Numbered from the stretch's first letter, positions 50,851 to 61,004 are shown. The stretch is DNA of 64,000 nucleotides from Pseudomonadota bacterium (GCA_043797085.1 JAZDQA010000013.1:241140-305139), one strand, 5' to 3'. Numbers and translations: made by a program. Notes: generated from the sequence alone by a model not told the origin.

Positions 50851-52058
50851 TATTCTACCTCCGCTTTAAGAGATTTGAGATACGTTACGATATCTTCAAC
50901 TGTTTCTTTGTCTAGGAAACTGTAATCGGTCATCGTAGAAACGCGTTTCCCTTTTTCAATATTGTACCAAGGAGTATTGGCATGCGCATTACGGTTATAA
51001 CCTGGTACGACAACCGCAGACGGTTTTAAGATTGACTCACGCAGATAGGCTACTGAAGAGTAACCCCCAACATATTTCAATGACGGGGCCAAAAATGAAA
51101 CAGGATCAACCCTCTCTATTTGGTGACATCCGTTACATCCGTTTGCGGCAGATGCTTCTTTACCTTTTGCCGCATTACCTTTTGGATCGGTTGTCAGCTC
51201 AGCGAGCATTTCTGCATTCGATTTTTGCCCCTCAAGATTAATGGCAATCCACGCACTCAGGTTTTTAATTCCGTTACGACCCATTTTTGAACCGTCCCAT
51301 ACCGCGATCGAAACCGGTACGGTTCCGTTCAAATTCACATATTCATCTTTGAGTGAGCGACTAAGCGTCCCTGTCCAACCGTTCGATGCATACGTCATAG
51401 CTGCGTTAGATTTAACGGAACCGTCTTTAATTTCAGTCAAAGAACGATATCCCTCACCTACAAAGACACGCTCATAATCAGTATTGGCAAGTGATGCTGC
51501 TTTCGCGTCAAAATCGGCTAATTCTTTTTGGAATACCCCTGTTTGTTGACGATTGATTTGCATCCCTACATCATTATTACCATTAGGCTCATACACTTTT
51601 TCCATTGCTTTTTGGAGGTGTACAACTACCGGTCTACCGGTCGAACCCATACCGATGTATGGAAGCACTTGAGGTACTTTCGTTATCCCTGCAAATTGCA
51701 CGGCAAAACCATCGCTATACTCCGTAGTTGTTGCCGCGGATTGCACATCTTTCGTCCCGTCAGCCCATTTGACCAACAAGGCGATATTTTTGCCGTCATA
51801 CAGCGCAGCAACCTGTGCTTTTTTAGCTTTCGGATTTAAATTTTCAGGAAGCACATTTGCTTTTTTATCGTTCATATAGATTGCAGTTTGCGGATAAAGA
51901 GTTACGGTTTCAAATTTTGCTTTCGACCATACTGCTGAATTGGCTTTAATCGCATCCAATTTTTCAGAAACCTTAACTGCGTTAATCGCAGGATTAGCCG
52001 CTAGAGCCGCAGAGGCGGCAACACCCAGTGAAAGAAGGGTTGTAAGAAGCTTTTTCAT
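50850..52058 (-). CDS. Type II DMSO-reductase-family gamma subunit (EbdC/SerC-like heme b domain) fused to cytochrome c
   Basis: W.D.T, DGFAVQF, PYIGMG, AVWDG...RNG.K; C-terminal CNGCH, YLRESI..P. Confidence 0.85.
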   Translation of the reverse strand: MKKLLTTLLSLGVAASAALAANPAINAVKVSEKLDAIKANSAVWSKAKFETVTLYPQTAIYMNDKKANVLPENLNPKAKKAQVAALYDGKNIALLVKWADGTKDVQSAATTTEYSDGFAVQFAGITKVPQVLPYIGMGSTGRPVVVHLQKAMEKVYEPNGNNDVGMQINRQQTGVFQKELADFDAKAASLANTDYERVFVGEGYRSLTEIKDGSVKSNAAMTYASNGWTGTLSRSLKDEYVNLNGTVPVSIAVWDGSKMGRNGIKNLSAWIAINLEGQKSNAEMLAELTTDPKGNAAKGKEASAANGCNGCHQIERVDPVSFLAPSLKYVGGYSSVAYLRESILKPSAVVVPGYNRNAHANTPWYNIEKGKRVSTMTDYSFLDKETVEDIVTYLKSLKAEVE

Positions 52059-53155
52059 TAGTGGTGTCCTCCGGCTTTTGTAAACTTACCGGCAATGTAG
52101 CGCGTATCTACAGGTGCCAATGGTGTACGTTTTTGCTCTTTTGCAACTTCTTGATAGTAATGATTATCCAAACGGAACATGTCGGCATGCTGATACGCGA
52201 TCAGAATGTCCATAAGCTCACTTACACCCGTCTCTTTACGTTTTTTCATTTCCGCTTTGAGCGTTTTAATCGCATGGTGCACTTCAGGTCCAAACAATTT
52301 TTCAAGCTCTCCAATCGGTAGACGTGTTGATCCTTCGATGATTTTCCCCTCAGCATCAAACTTAGCAGGAGATTCGGTCGGAGGAACATAATAGACATTT
52401 GGTTGTGTTCCGTAATCAGAACGCAAGCCGATTGCTACTTTGTATTTGTGCACCAATTTATAAACTTGAGACTCTTCATCATCCAAGAATCCTACGAAAC
52501 GGATACGTCCGACACATTGTTGCGCACATGCCGGTGGTAAGCCCTGCTCAATACGTGGGAAACAAAGAATACATTTCTCTGATTTAGAGATTTTTGGATT
52601 GAAATAGATTTTTTTATAAGGACAGCCTGCGATACAATAACGGTATCCTTGACAACGATCCAAATCCACCAATACTACACCGTCTTGATCACGCTTAAAG
52701 ATAGCATCACGAGGACACGCACTCAAACATCCCGGATTTGTACAGTGATTACAAATACGCGGAAGATAGAAGAAATAGTTGTCTTGCGGGAATACTCCAG
52801 CACCCTCATCTTCATCCCAGTTTGGTCCCCAAGTAGGAGATATATGCGGCTTAAAAGTACTGTGATCAGCACTTTCCGTCATAATAGACTCATAGTTATA
52901 ATCCCAAGGAACCCCATAATCAGCTTCTAGATTAGGAATAACTCCCGGTTGAAGATCGCCAGCAGCATCAAATCCGCCGCCAAGTTCCATCCAGTTTTTC
53001 GGATAACCCGTACCCGGATAGGTCTCAACGTTATTCCAATACATATATTCACGACCGTTACGGTTCGTCCACTGTGTTTTACATGCCACAGTACATGTTT
53101 GGCACCCGATACATTTGTTCAGGTCCATGACCATTGCTAATTGTCTTTTAGACAT
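52058..53155 (-). CDS. Type II DMSO-reductase-family Fe-S beta subunit (NarH/SerB-like)
   Basis: DLNKCIGCQTCTVACK, WNNVET.PG, GPNWDED, CNHCTNPGC..ACP, CQGYRYC..GCPYKK, CILCFPR. Confidence 0.95.
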   Translation of the reverse strand: MSKRQLAMVMDLNKCIGCQTCTVACKTQWTNRNGREYMYWNNVETYPGTGYPKNWMELGGGFDAAGDLQPGVIPNLEADYGVPWDYNYESIMTESADHSTFKPHISPTWGPNWDEDEGAGVFPQDNYFFYLPRICNHCTNPGCLSACPRDAIFKRDQDGVVLVDLDRCQGYRYCIAGCPYKKIYFNPKISKSEKCILCFPRIEQGLPPACAQQCVGRIRFVGFLDDEESQVYKLVHKYKVAIGLRSDYGTQPNVYYVPPTESPAKFDAEGKIIEGSTRLPIGELEKLFGPEVHHAIKTLKAEMKKRKETGVSELMDILIAYQHADMFRLDNHYYQEVAKEQKRTPLAPVDTRYIAGKFTKAGGHH

Positions 53156-53164
53156 CTAAACCCC

Positions 53165-56077
53165 TTAATATTTTACGTCAGTTGCTTTTTCATAGTTCAC
53201 GGCACCATCGTAAGCGTATTGGTTACCATCCCACAGACCACCGAATTTCAAGTGACCCCAGCCATCAGCCATTTCCAAAAGGTTCATCGCGACAGGAACG
53301 ACCTCATTGTGACCTTTGTTTTTCAAATACATGTACGGTTCCCATCCATGCTCAAGAACCAAGCCATCAGCCGGTGCAGATGAAGAGAGTTTTGCCATTG
53401 CATAGAACTCGCCTTGTTGGTTAAAAATACGGATTGTTTCGCCGTCAGTAATCCCTTTAGCTTCCGCAACCACACGATTGATTTGAATCGCAGGAACACC
53501 GCGCTGTAAGCGTAAAAGCGTACGTGACGTTTTATAGTTGGAGTGAATAGACCAACGAGCATGAGGCGTCATGAACACATACGGATGATCCGATGATTGT
53601 GGACGAATTCCTTCCATTCCCGTGTTGGTTGCCGCACCCATTTTGATGTACATATCATGGTCAACATAGAATGTTTGACGACCTGATAATGTTTCAAGAC
53701 GCTCAAATTTATACAAATGATATTCCATAGAGCTGTACGGACGATCCGAATACAACGGTGAACTTTTTGCTGCTTTTTCATTAATAAGTAGGAACCCGCC
53801 CACTTTGTACATTTTTTCCATCGTCCATGGCTCGTACTGCTCACATTTTTCCAATGCCGCTTGAACTGCCATTTTATCGGTTCCGAGGTAGTTTTCACCA
53901 GCCCCTTCAGATTCAGCATCCGTATTCGTATACTCTTTGTGGAATATTGTCAAATCGTGGAAACCAGGTTTTGCATATTTTTTATGATCAGGAACTTTTG
54001 CTTTACTAATATTTTGAGGGCGATTTGCAAGCTCTTCCATTTTTTTAGCAAGAAGAGTAAACATAGACCACTCATCCATTGATTCACCAATATTTTTGAT
54101 GTTTGCAACCGGTTGAGCCAAATTGGTAAAACGGTGGTAACCCGGAGACGTACGAAGGTCATAGACTTCATAGTGCGATTTTGCAGGAAGTAAAATATCC
54201 GCAAATTGAGCTGCTTCAGACATACGATAATCCACGTACGCATAGAATTTCGTTTTTTCTAAGAATGCTTTTCGGTAATCAGAACCTTTATTACGACGGA
54301 ATTTTGAGTCCGCTACGATGAGAGCACAATCAGGCTGCCACCACGGCTTATTCACATTACCATGCTTCGACTCTTTATTAATCGTGTCATTCTCTCCAGA
54401 TTTAAGCATTTCTGACAATACTGCCATGTACTCTTTTTTCGACATACCGTTTTGTGCACGCTTCACGTCGTCATCACTGAAAAATTTGTCAAACGATTTC
54501 ATTCCGTCACCGAATACGAATTCGCCAACGAAACCGGATCCAAAACGAGCATTGTACTTACCGCTAAATCCTGCCAATACGCCAAGACCTGAGAGTTGGA
54601 ACTCATTTTCAGTATTGAGTCCGCCATATGGTCCCATACGCCCTGTCAATCCACAGATAGACGAGATATTCCAGATTGACATAACTCCATTGAAATATTT
54701 ATTCAATGAGAAACCGGTTGTAATTTCAACAACTTTTGGCAATGCAATGTCATGCGCAAGAATACGCACGGTATCAGGATGAACACCCGTAATATCTTTG
54801 GTTGCTTCAGGAGCAAATTTCGCTGCTGATGCTTTAAGCATTTCAAATACTGTTGTTACTTCGCGTTTATGACCATGCATATCTGTAATCGTCCATGAAC
54901 CCTCAAGCTCAGGTGTGATTCCCTGCTCATCAAGACGGAGTGATTTAATTGCACTACCTTCAGATGCCGGCATTAATGCAGGTTTTCCTGTCGCTGAATT
55001 CATACAGTAGAACTCTTCCGTATATTTGTGGTGATCTTCATCGTTTGCCGCATGTTCCATATCGGAACGACGGATCATTTTTTGCGTTTTTACATCGACC
55101 AAGAATGGAAGATCGGTAAACGTTTTCATGAACTCCGGTTTATAAAGCTTTTCGTTGATGATAACGTTCATAACACTCATCGCCAAGATGTTATCAGAAC
55201 CTGCTTTGATCGGGATCCAAAGGTCTGCTGATTTAGCGGTTGCATTGAATTCAGGAGTAATAACGATGACTTTAGCCCCGTTGTATTTCCCTTCCCAAAC
55301 GAAGTGAGCATCAGGAATACGAGAAACCGATGGATTTCCACCCCACATAACAGCGGTGTCAACGGTATACATGAAATCCCATGTACAACCAACGTTACCT
55401 TCGCCGTATGCGATTGCCGCACCTGAGAACATGTCCCCTAGATATGAAGAAGGATAAATACGAATCGCACCCAACTGTGTCGAGAAACGCAATGGAGCAC
55501 CACGACGACCTTCTGTGAGCAAACCTGTACCTGCGTGAACCATCAACTTATCCGGTCCGCGTTGTGGATCGGTCATACAATCAAAAATTTGTTGACATAC
55601 GACCTCAGCAGCCTCATCCCAGCTAATACGTTTCCATTTACCTTCACCACGCTCACCAACACGCTGCATTGGATAAAGCAAGCGGTCTTTTTGATACATT
55701 ACTTGAGAGTGCTGAACCCCTTTGTTACATCCGCGCGGGTTAAAGTCAGGGATTTTAGCGTTGATAACCGGATAACGAGCCGATTGGTTTTCACGTGTAA
55801 CAACACCGTTATTCGACCAAACTTCCCATGCACAGTTACCTTGACAGTTTACACAGTGATACGCAAAACCGTGCTCTTCTTTTTTACCGTACGTAAACGC
55901 AAACTCATTGCGATACATACTTTCGGTATAGTTGGTATTCGGATAATTTTCTTTTCCGTTTTCAACCGACATTACATTGGTTTTAGCAAACAATGACCCT
56001 TGAGAAGCCACCAATGCAGCCGTCATTCCTGATACTTTCAGGAAATCACGACGATTATTGTTCATTACTTTTGTCAT
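53165..56077 (-). CDS. Periplasmic type II DMSO-reductase-family Mo-bisPGD catalytic subunit
   Basis: Tat RRDFLK, HCVNCQGNC...PRGCNKG, GD putative Asp Mo ligand, TPHARWSIHS. Confidence 0.93.
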   Translation of the reverse strand: MTKVMNNNRRDFLKVSGMTAALVASQGSLFAKTNVMSVENGKENYPNTNYTESMYRNEFAFTYGKKEEHGFAYHCVNCQGNCAWEVWSNNGVVTRENQSARYPVINAKIPDFNPRGCNKGVQHSQVMYQKDRLLYPMQRVGERGEGKWKRISWDEAAEVVCQQIFDCMTDPQRGPDKLMVHAGTGLLTEGRRGAPLRFSTQLGAIRIYPSSYLGDMFSGAAIAYGEGNVGCTWDFMYTVDTAVMWGGNPSVSRIPDAHFVWEGKYNGAKVIVITPEFNATAKSADLWIPIKAGSDNILAMSVMNVIINEKLYKPEFMKTFTDLPFLVDVKTQKMIRRSDMEHAANDEDHHKYTEEFYCMNSATGKPALMPASEGSAIKSLRLDEQGITPELEGSWTITDMHGHKREVTTVFEMLKASAAKFAPEATKDITGVHPDTVRILAHDIALPKVVEITTGFSLNKYFNGVMSIWNISSICGLTGRMGPYGGLNTENEFQLSGLGVLAGFSGKYNARFGSGFVGEFVFGDGMKSFDKFFSDDDVKRAQNGMSKKEYMAVLSEMLKSGENDTINKESKHGNVNKPWWQPDCALIVADSKFRRNKGSDYRKAFLEKTKFYAYVDYRMSEAAQFADILLPAKSHYEVYDLRTSPGYHRFTNLAQPVANIKNIGESMDEWSMFTLLAKKMEELANRPQNISKAKVPDHKKYAKPGFHDLTIFHKEYTNTDAESEGAGENYLGTDKMAVQAALEKCEQYEPWTMEKMYKVGGFLLINEKAAKSSPLYSDRPYSSMEYHLYKFERLETLSGRQTFYVDHDMYIKMGAATNTGMEGIRPQSSDHPYVFMTPHARWSIHSNYKTSRTLLRLQRGVPAIQINRVVAEAKGITDGETIRIFNQQGEFYAMAKLSSSAPADGLVLEHGWEPYMYLKNKGHNEVVPVAMNLLEMADGWGHLKFGGLWDGNQYAYDGAVNYEKATDVKY

Positions 56078-56086
56078 ATTTGAGCC

Positions 56087-57202
56087 TTATCGTTTAATCG
56101 GAAGATTCATGTCGTTACCCCAAACATCCCAGCTTCCAGTGAAGACTTTGACATTTTTGTAACCGAGCAATTGAAGCGCTGTAATGTGTTCTGAACTTCG
56201 TCCTGCACCTACATGGCAATACGCATAAATGGTTTTATCTTTTGTGATCCCATAGTTGTCATATACCTTTTGGATCTCATCAGCAGATTTAAAAGACAAT
56301 TTTTTATCCGCATCCGAAATTTGACTCCACTCGATGAAAGTTGCACCTGGAACGTGTCCGCCACGCGCAACATTATCCATTTTTCGCTCACCGATGATTT
56401 CACCCATCCCGCGAGAGTCAATAATGACGTATTTTGATTTACTGCCGTTTTTAAGAATATCATCCATCGCGTGTTTTACTTCAACTTTATCCGCGATAAC
56501 ATTCCATTTGATTTTTTTAGGATCAATTTTATAGGTTTTCGGTTTTACTACCTCATCCCCTTTGACGACTAGAAGACGTTTTTCAACTGCTGTCATTTTT
56601 GCTTTTAATGCAGTAGAATCCGCTTGAGCTTTTGCGATAGTTGCATCAAGAGCCGCTTTATCCGCACCCTCTTTTTTCAACGCCTCTTTCGCTTCTTTTT
56701 GCGCTTTTGTAGCCGCTTTAAACTCTTTATTCAATGCATCGTATTCTTTTTGAGCCGGATCCACTGCCATCATAGCTGCACGTCCGCCGTTAAGTACTTT
56801 TACATTTTTATGTCCGTAACTGTCAAAAAATGAATAAACACCTGTTGCATTGGGACCTTTGAAGTCATCGTATGCGATAACGGTCATATCGTTGCTGATC
56901 CCTTTTTTCCCGATGGTTTGTTCTGCATCATCAATACAACGATACAAAGGTGCACAGTGCATCTCACCATCGATATCAGAATGGTGCAGGTGGTGCGCAT
57001 ACATCTCAACTGAGCCTTTAATGTGCCCAAGTTTATAAATGTCTTCGTTATCACCCGATACAAACATAACTTTTGGATTTCCGATCAATTTAACCGCGTC
57101 TTCGGCTGAAATAAGAATATCCTTATTCACAAAATCTGCTGCCAACACATTTGCCGCAGATAATGATGCACTCAAACAGAGGGTCATTAACAATCTATTC
57201 AT
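56087..57202 (-). CDS. Secreted tandem-domain rhodanese-superfamily protein
   Basis: Signal peptide from MNRLL at 57202; GHIKGS, LNGG, IDSR, GGHVPGA, YCHVGAGRS, FTGSW..W. Confidence 0.9.
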   Translation of the reverse strand: MNRLLMTLCLSASLSAANVLAADFVNKDILISAEDAVKLIGNPKVMFVSGDNEDIYKLGHIKGSVEMYAHHLHHSDIDGEMHCAPLYRCIDDAEQTIGKKGISNDMTVIAYDDFKGPNATGVYSFFDSYGHKNVKVLNGGRAAMMAVDPAQKEYDALNKEFKAATKAQKEAKEALKKEGADKAALDATIAKAQADSTALKAKMTAVEKRLLVVKGDEVVKPKTYKIDPKKIKWNVIADKVEVKHAMDDILKNGSKSKYVIIDSRGMGEIIGERKMDNVARGGHVPGATFIEWSQISDADKKLSFKSADEIQKVYDNYGITKDKTIYAYCHVGAGRSSEHITALQLLGYKNVKVFTGSWDVWGNDMNLPIKR

Positions 57203-57534
57203 CCATGCTCCTTTTTCTCTAAAATTAAATATTCTAATAACCAATTACCATCGTAATATATAGCTATCTTATGGAATTACCGCTCTTATTATAGATTCGA
57301 GTCTCTTAATAACTCTTAAATTTGTTTTAAAACTTACTATTTTTTTACCATTTGTTACATTCCCATCACAATTTCGTGCAATCTTCCTAATAAGATATTG
57401 TTTTATGTTTTCTTATAAATCTACTATCTTTTCTTAACCTTATAGCTTGAACTTAAAAGTATTTGTTTAATGAGTTTTTGCTAGTATCACAGTTACATTT
57501 ATATCAAATATACCAAAATTCAAGGAGTCCTCGT

Positions 57535-58140
57535 ATGAGCACTACCACCGTTTCGTATGCAATCGAACACTCAGACACCCTCGCACTTATTGAATTTCTC
57601 GAAGATAAAACCCTTCCTATCGAAGAGGTACGCATGATTTATGATGCATTTAAAGAGAACAAACAGCTCGTTGGTCAAGTTGCCATGAATCTCTCATTGC
57701 GAACCTCTGTCTATGAACGTGAAAAAGAGTACAGTCCTATAATGGTTGATTTACTCATCGATATTTCGCAAAATCCAATCGACATGGGAGCACGATGGGC
57801 GGTTGCCAAAAATCCTCATACCCCAGTAAAGGTTTTACGCCATTTGGCGAACGACTCTATCAATCTCGTTCGCGCTCTCGTTGCTGCCAATCCCTCAACC
57901 CCAAGTGATGTTTTAGAGAAATTTTTCAGTGATGAAAAAATTGTACGCGATGGGCTCTCAGGTAATCCTAACACGCCCCCTAAATTACTCAAAATTCTTG
58001 TTGACGACAATGATAAAATGGTTCGTATGCGCCTTGCTGAGAACCGTGCAGCACCAAGGGAAATCATTGAATCTCTCCTAAAAGACAACGACATTGATGT
58101 TACAAAAGCAGCACAGGCCAACTTGGATGCTTCAAAATGA
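57535..58140 (+). CDS. HEAT/LRV-repeat protein
   Basis: Repeats R..VA.NP.TP..VL..L..D; AAGGAG RBS. Confidence 0.85.
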   Translation: MSTTTVSYAIEHSDTLALIEFLEDKTLPIEEVRMIYDAFKENKQLVGQVAMNLSLRTSVYEREKEYSPIMVDLLIDISQNPIDMGARWAVAKNPHTPVKVLRHLANDSINLVRALVAANPSTPSDVLEKFFSDEKIVRDGLSGNPNTPPKLLKILVDDNDKMVRMRLAENRAAPREIIESLLKDNDIDVTKAAQANLDASK

Positions 58141-58511
58141 AAAAACACAATCATGAAATACGCAGTAAGTTTTTGACCCTTGAAAATCATTTTCTCAATA
58201 CTTTTTTTTCAGGACTTTATCTAAGCGCCGCCGATTTTATCAGTATTGCTGCAATGAACGGACTGGATTTAAAAATGCATTCCCGTGAAATGCTTATCAA
58301 AGAGCTTTTAAATGAAACCGATAAACTCGGAACAATTGGCGGTGTAGTTGTCGCGTTGAACCATCTTATAGATGAGCGAATCACGGCGTATCATCGACTT
58401 AGTCTTCAATATCCCCACGCTCGAGTACCGCTGGCAAAGCTTGCTCAAAAGGCAAATGGAACCAAATCACTTCTCGCACGAGATATCCGAGGAAATCCTT
58501 ATGAACAGTAA
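58137..58511 (+). CDS. Hypothetical protein
   Basis: 124 aa ORF overlapping both neighbours. Confidence 0.7.
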   Translation: MKKHNHEIRSKFLTLENHFLNTFFSGLYLSAADFISIAAMNGLDLKMHSREMLIKELLNETDKLGTIGGVVVALNHLIDERITAYHRLSLQYPHARVPLAKLAQKANGTKSLLARDIRGNPYEQ

Positions 58512-59541
58512 AAATTTTGAACATGCATTGCAAACGCTTAAGTACCCAAATCTCGATCGAACTCTTGGTGAGCTAAAGCTTATCTCTACAGCAAAAGTAA
58601 CCGATGGTAACGCTCACGTAGAACTTCTTACCGTAAGTGATGAATCCTACCTCACCGTCAAAACGGCCATTGAAAATGCATTTGCACATGATTTCAAATC
58701 GTTAAACATCACCAAAAAAGCGCAAACCCAAAAAGACAGCAACTACGGCACAACCTCGACACCAAATAATCGAGCACCGTATGCAGCAAACGTTATTGCA
58801 GTAACAAGCGGCAAAGGCGGAGTGGGCAAAAGTACCGTTAGTGTCAATCTAGCTATCGCACTCGCTCAATTGGGCTACAAAGTGGGTTTACTGGACGCTG
58901 ACGTCTATGGTCCCAACGTCCCGCGCCTCACCAATACCGATTTGGAAAAAATCAGCTGGAATGATGACAACAAAATCGTCCCAAGTGAAAACTACGGGCT
59001 CAAAATCATGAGTGTAGCATTGACCACTCCCACCTCTGATACTCCGCTTGTCTGGCGTTCATCCGTTGCCGTCTCTGCTCTTATTCAGTTTCTTGAGGAT
59101 GTTGCATGGGGTGAGCTTGATTTTATGGTCATCGATATGCCTCCGGGGACAGGAGATATTCAGCTCACCATGGCGCAAGAACTTCCCATCACAGCCGGTG
59201 TTCTCGTCACTACTCCGCAACTTGTCGCATCCGATGACGTCAGTCGTGCTATCCGAATGTTTCAAGACATCCATGTCCCTATGGCAGGATTGGTTGAGAA
59301 TATGAGTTATTTTATCGCTCCGGATACGGGAAATCGATATGACATTTTTGGTTCAGGGGGAGGACAGCGCCTAAGTGAACGATACAATATTCCCCTATTA
59401 GGTCAAATACCGCTGGACATGGAAATACGTGAAGGTTCAGATAACGGGGAGCCTCCAGTAGCACTTGGAAGCGATGTACAAAAAAAATATTATCAAGATA
59501 TTGTGAAAAAGATGCTGCAAGAGATAAAGTTTAAACTGTAG
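58501..59541 (+). CDS. mrp: Mrp/ApbC/NBP35-family P-loop ATPase
   Basis: SGKGGVGKST, DADVYGP, DMPPGTGD, VTTPQ, VENMS. Confidence 0.95.
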   Translation: MNSKNFEHALQTLKYPNLDRTLGELKLISTAKVTDGNAHVELLTVSDESYLTVKTAIENAFAHDFKSLNITKKAQTQKDSNYGTTSTPNNRAPYAANVIAVTSGKGGVGKSTVSVNLAIALAQLGYKVGLLDADVYGPNVPRLTNTDLEKISWNDDNKIVPSENYGLKIMSVALTTPTSDTPLVWRSSVAVSALIQFLEDVAWGELDFMVIDMPPGTGDIQLTMAQELPITAGVLVTTPQLVASDDVSRAIRMFQDIHVPMAGLVENMSYFIAPDTGNRYDIFGSGGGQRLSERYNIPLLGQIPLDMEIREGSDNGEPPVALGSDVQKKYYQDIVKKMLQEIKFKL

Positions 59542-59597
59542 TCATCCTCGTGCTTGACACGGGGATCCAGCTAAATTCCCGCCTTCGCGGGAATGAC
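59541..59597. repeat. Doublet palindromic repeat between convergent genes (dRS3/RPE-like)
   Basis: GTCATCCTCGTGCTTGACACGGGGATCC...ATTCCCGCCTTCGCGGGAATGAC. Confidence 0.8.
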
Positions 59598-59604
59598 GAG
59601 AAAA

Positions 59605-60027
59605 TTACTCTTGCGCCCTAAGCTCTGCATACAGCTTCGTATACGCATCCACATCACTTCTCTGAGGCTTAATACGTATAGAGAGATACGAAATACTTCC
59701 ATCGCTTTTTTCACGCCTAAGCGCTGTTGCGTATACCCAATAGTGCCCATTATCTTTACGACGATTTTTGACAAATCCCGTCCAAAAACCTTTGCTCTGC
59801 AAATCATCCCACAACCCTTTAAAAGCGATACGCGGCATGTCAGGATGGCGAACAATATTATGCGGTTGACCGAGAAGTTCTTCTTTGGTATATCCTGCAA
59901 CTTCACAAAAAAGATCATTCACATACGTAATCATTCCATTGCTGTCTGTTTCGCTTAAAATATATCCGCTGGAGGGGAAAAACCATTCGTTACTTGTTGG
60001 ATCTTGATAGATGTCAGCCATGTGCAT
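59605..60027 (-). CDS. Stand-alone Aer-type PAS protein
   Basis: SETD..G.ITYVN..F, GQPHNIVRHPDMP, W.G.VKN.RKD..HYWV. Confidence 0.92.
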   Translation of the reverse strand: MHMADIYQDPTSNEWFFPSSGYILSETDSNGMITYVNDLFCEVAGYTKEELLGQPHNIVRHPDMPRIAFKGLWDDLQSKGFWTGFVKNRRKDNGHYWVYATALRREKSDGSISYLSIRIKPQRSDVDAYTKLYAELRAQE

Positions 60028-60173
60028 ATTCCTAAACAGTAATTACAAAAGTATAGCTAAAAAATTAGGATGGAAAATTTAAAATGTGGAAAAAAAAGAC
60101 TCTGAAGGTGAGTCTTAAGCACCGTCTTGATGCGGGGATAAAACCCCACTTCTAAGAATAGGCATAAAACGAC

Positions 60174-61004
60174 TTATTTAAACGTTTTTTGAAGGCTTTT
60201 TGTAACGGCATCAGGAATAGTCATAATGCCCATAAATCCGCCCATATCTAACAACGGATAGCTCACTGCGATAAAATATTTTGCATTTAATGCTTTTGCT
60301 TTTCCATCTTCGATTAACACAGCCCATGGCAAAAGCTCACTGTTTTGTGCACCGATTTTTTTAGGGAAAGCACTGGTACGTTTATCAAGCTCGACAAACG
60401 CAACATAACGATCAGGACCTACTTGGACAACAGTACCCTTGGCTGCATTGGCACGTGCGACCAAATCTGCGGTTGCTCCCTCACCCACAACATCCATATC
60501 TTGATAATACGGCATACCCATCATAAAACGGTAATCCGACAATCCTGCGAATTCCCATTGATCTTCAGAGTTTTTCAATGGACCAAATGCTTTTTCTAAA
60601 GCAATATATTCAGCGGAAGCTGTCGCATGATTGTAATCATCCTGCAAAAATGCTTTATTAAAATAAATAGGGTTAGCAATGTGCACTTGCTGGCGCTCAG
60701 CATCCACTAACATTCTTCCAACAGCAGCCAAACCACGCATTGGTTTGTTAGCATCCGCTTTCATGCTCGCATTGGTATAAAGAATTGTAGTAGCATTTTC
60801 TGATAATTTAAACGTGCCGACGACTTCAAAACCTTGAGCCGTTAATTTTGATTTTGCACTCTCAACATCAACATACGCCCCAACTCTATACGCCGAAACC
60901 ATTTTTTCTACAACAACACCGCCTTCAATTTTTGGCGCAGTGGCAGAACATCCTGAAAAAGCGATGGCAAATGCCAACGCGGTTAATGATAGTAATTTTT
61001 TCAT
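60174..61004 (-). CDS. Lipoprotein of unknown function
   Basis: FSGC lipobox; YRFMMGMPYY and YPLL.M..FM motifs. Confidence 0.8.
   Translation of the reverse strand: MKKLLSLTALAFAIAFSGCSATAPKIEGGVVVEKMVSAYRVGAYVDVESAKSKLTAQGFEVVGTFKLSENATTILYTNASMKADANKPMRGLAAVGRMLVDAERQQVHIANPIYFNKAFLQDDYNHATASAEYIALEKAFGPLKNSEDQWEFAGLSDYRFMMGMPYYQDMDVVGEGATADLVARANAAKGTVVQVGPDRYVAFVELDKRTSAFPKKIGAQNSELLPWAVLIEDGKAKALNAKYFIAVSYPLLDMGGFMGIMTIPDAVTKSLQKTFK

Noticed and set aside
53165..56077. Calling the molybdoenzyme narG, serA or pcrA
   Set aside because: Shorter than NarG, Tat-exported with soluble gamma subunit, no diagnostic neighbours; substrate cannot be read from sequence
59571..59958. Overlapping 115-aa and 121-aa ORFs
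   Set aside because: Alternate frames over the PAS gene; the VIPAKAGI tail is just the translated repeat
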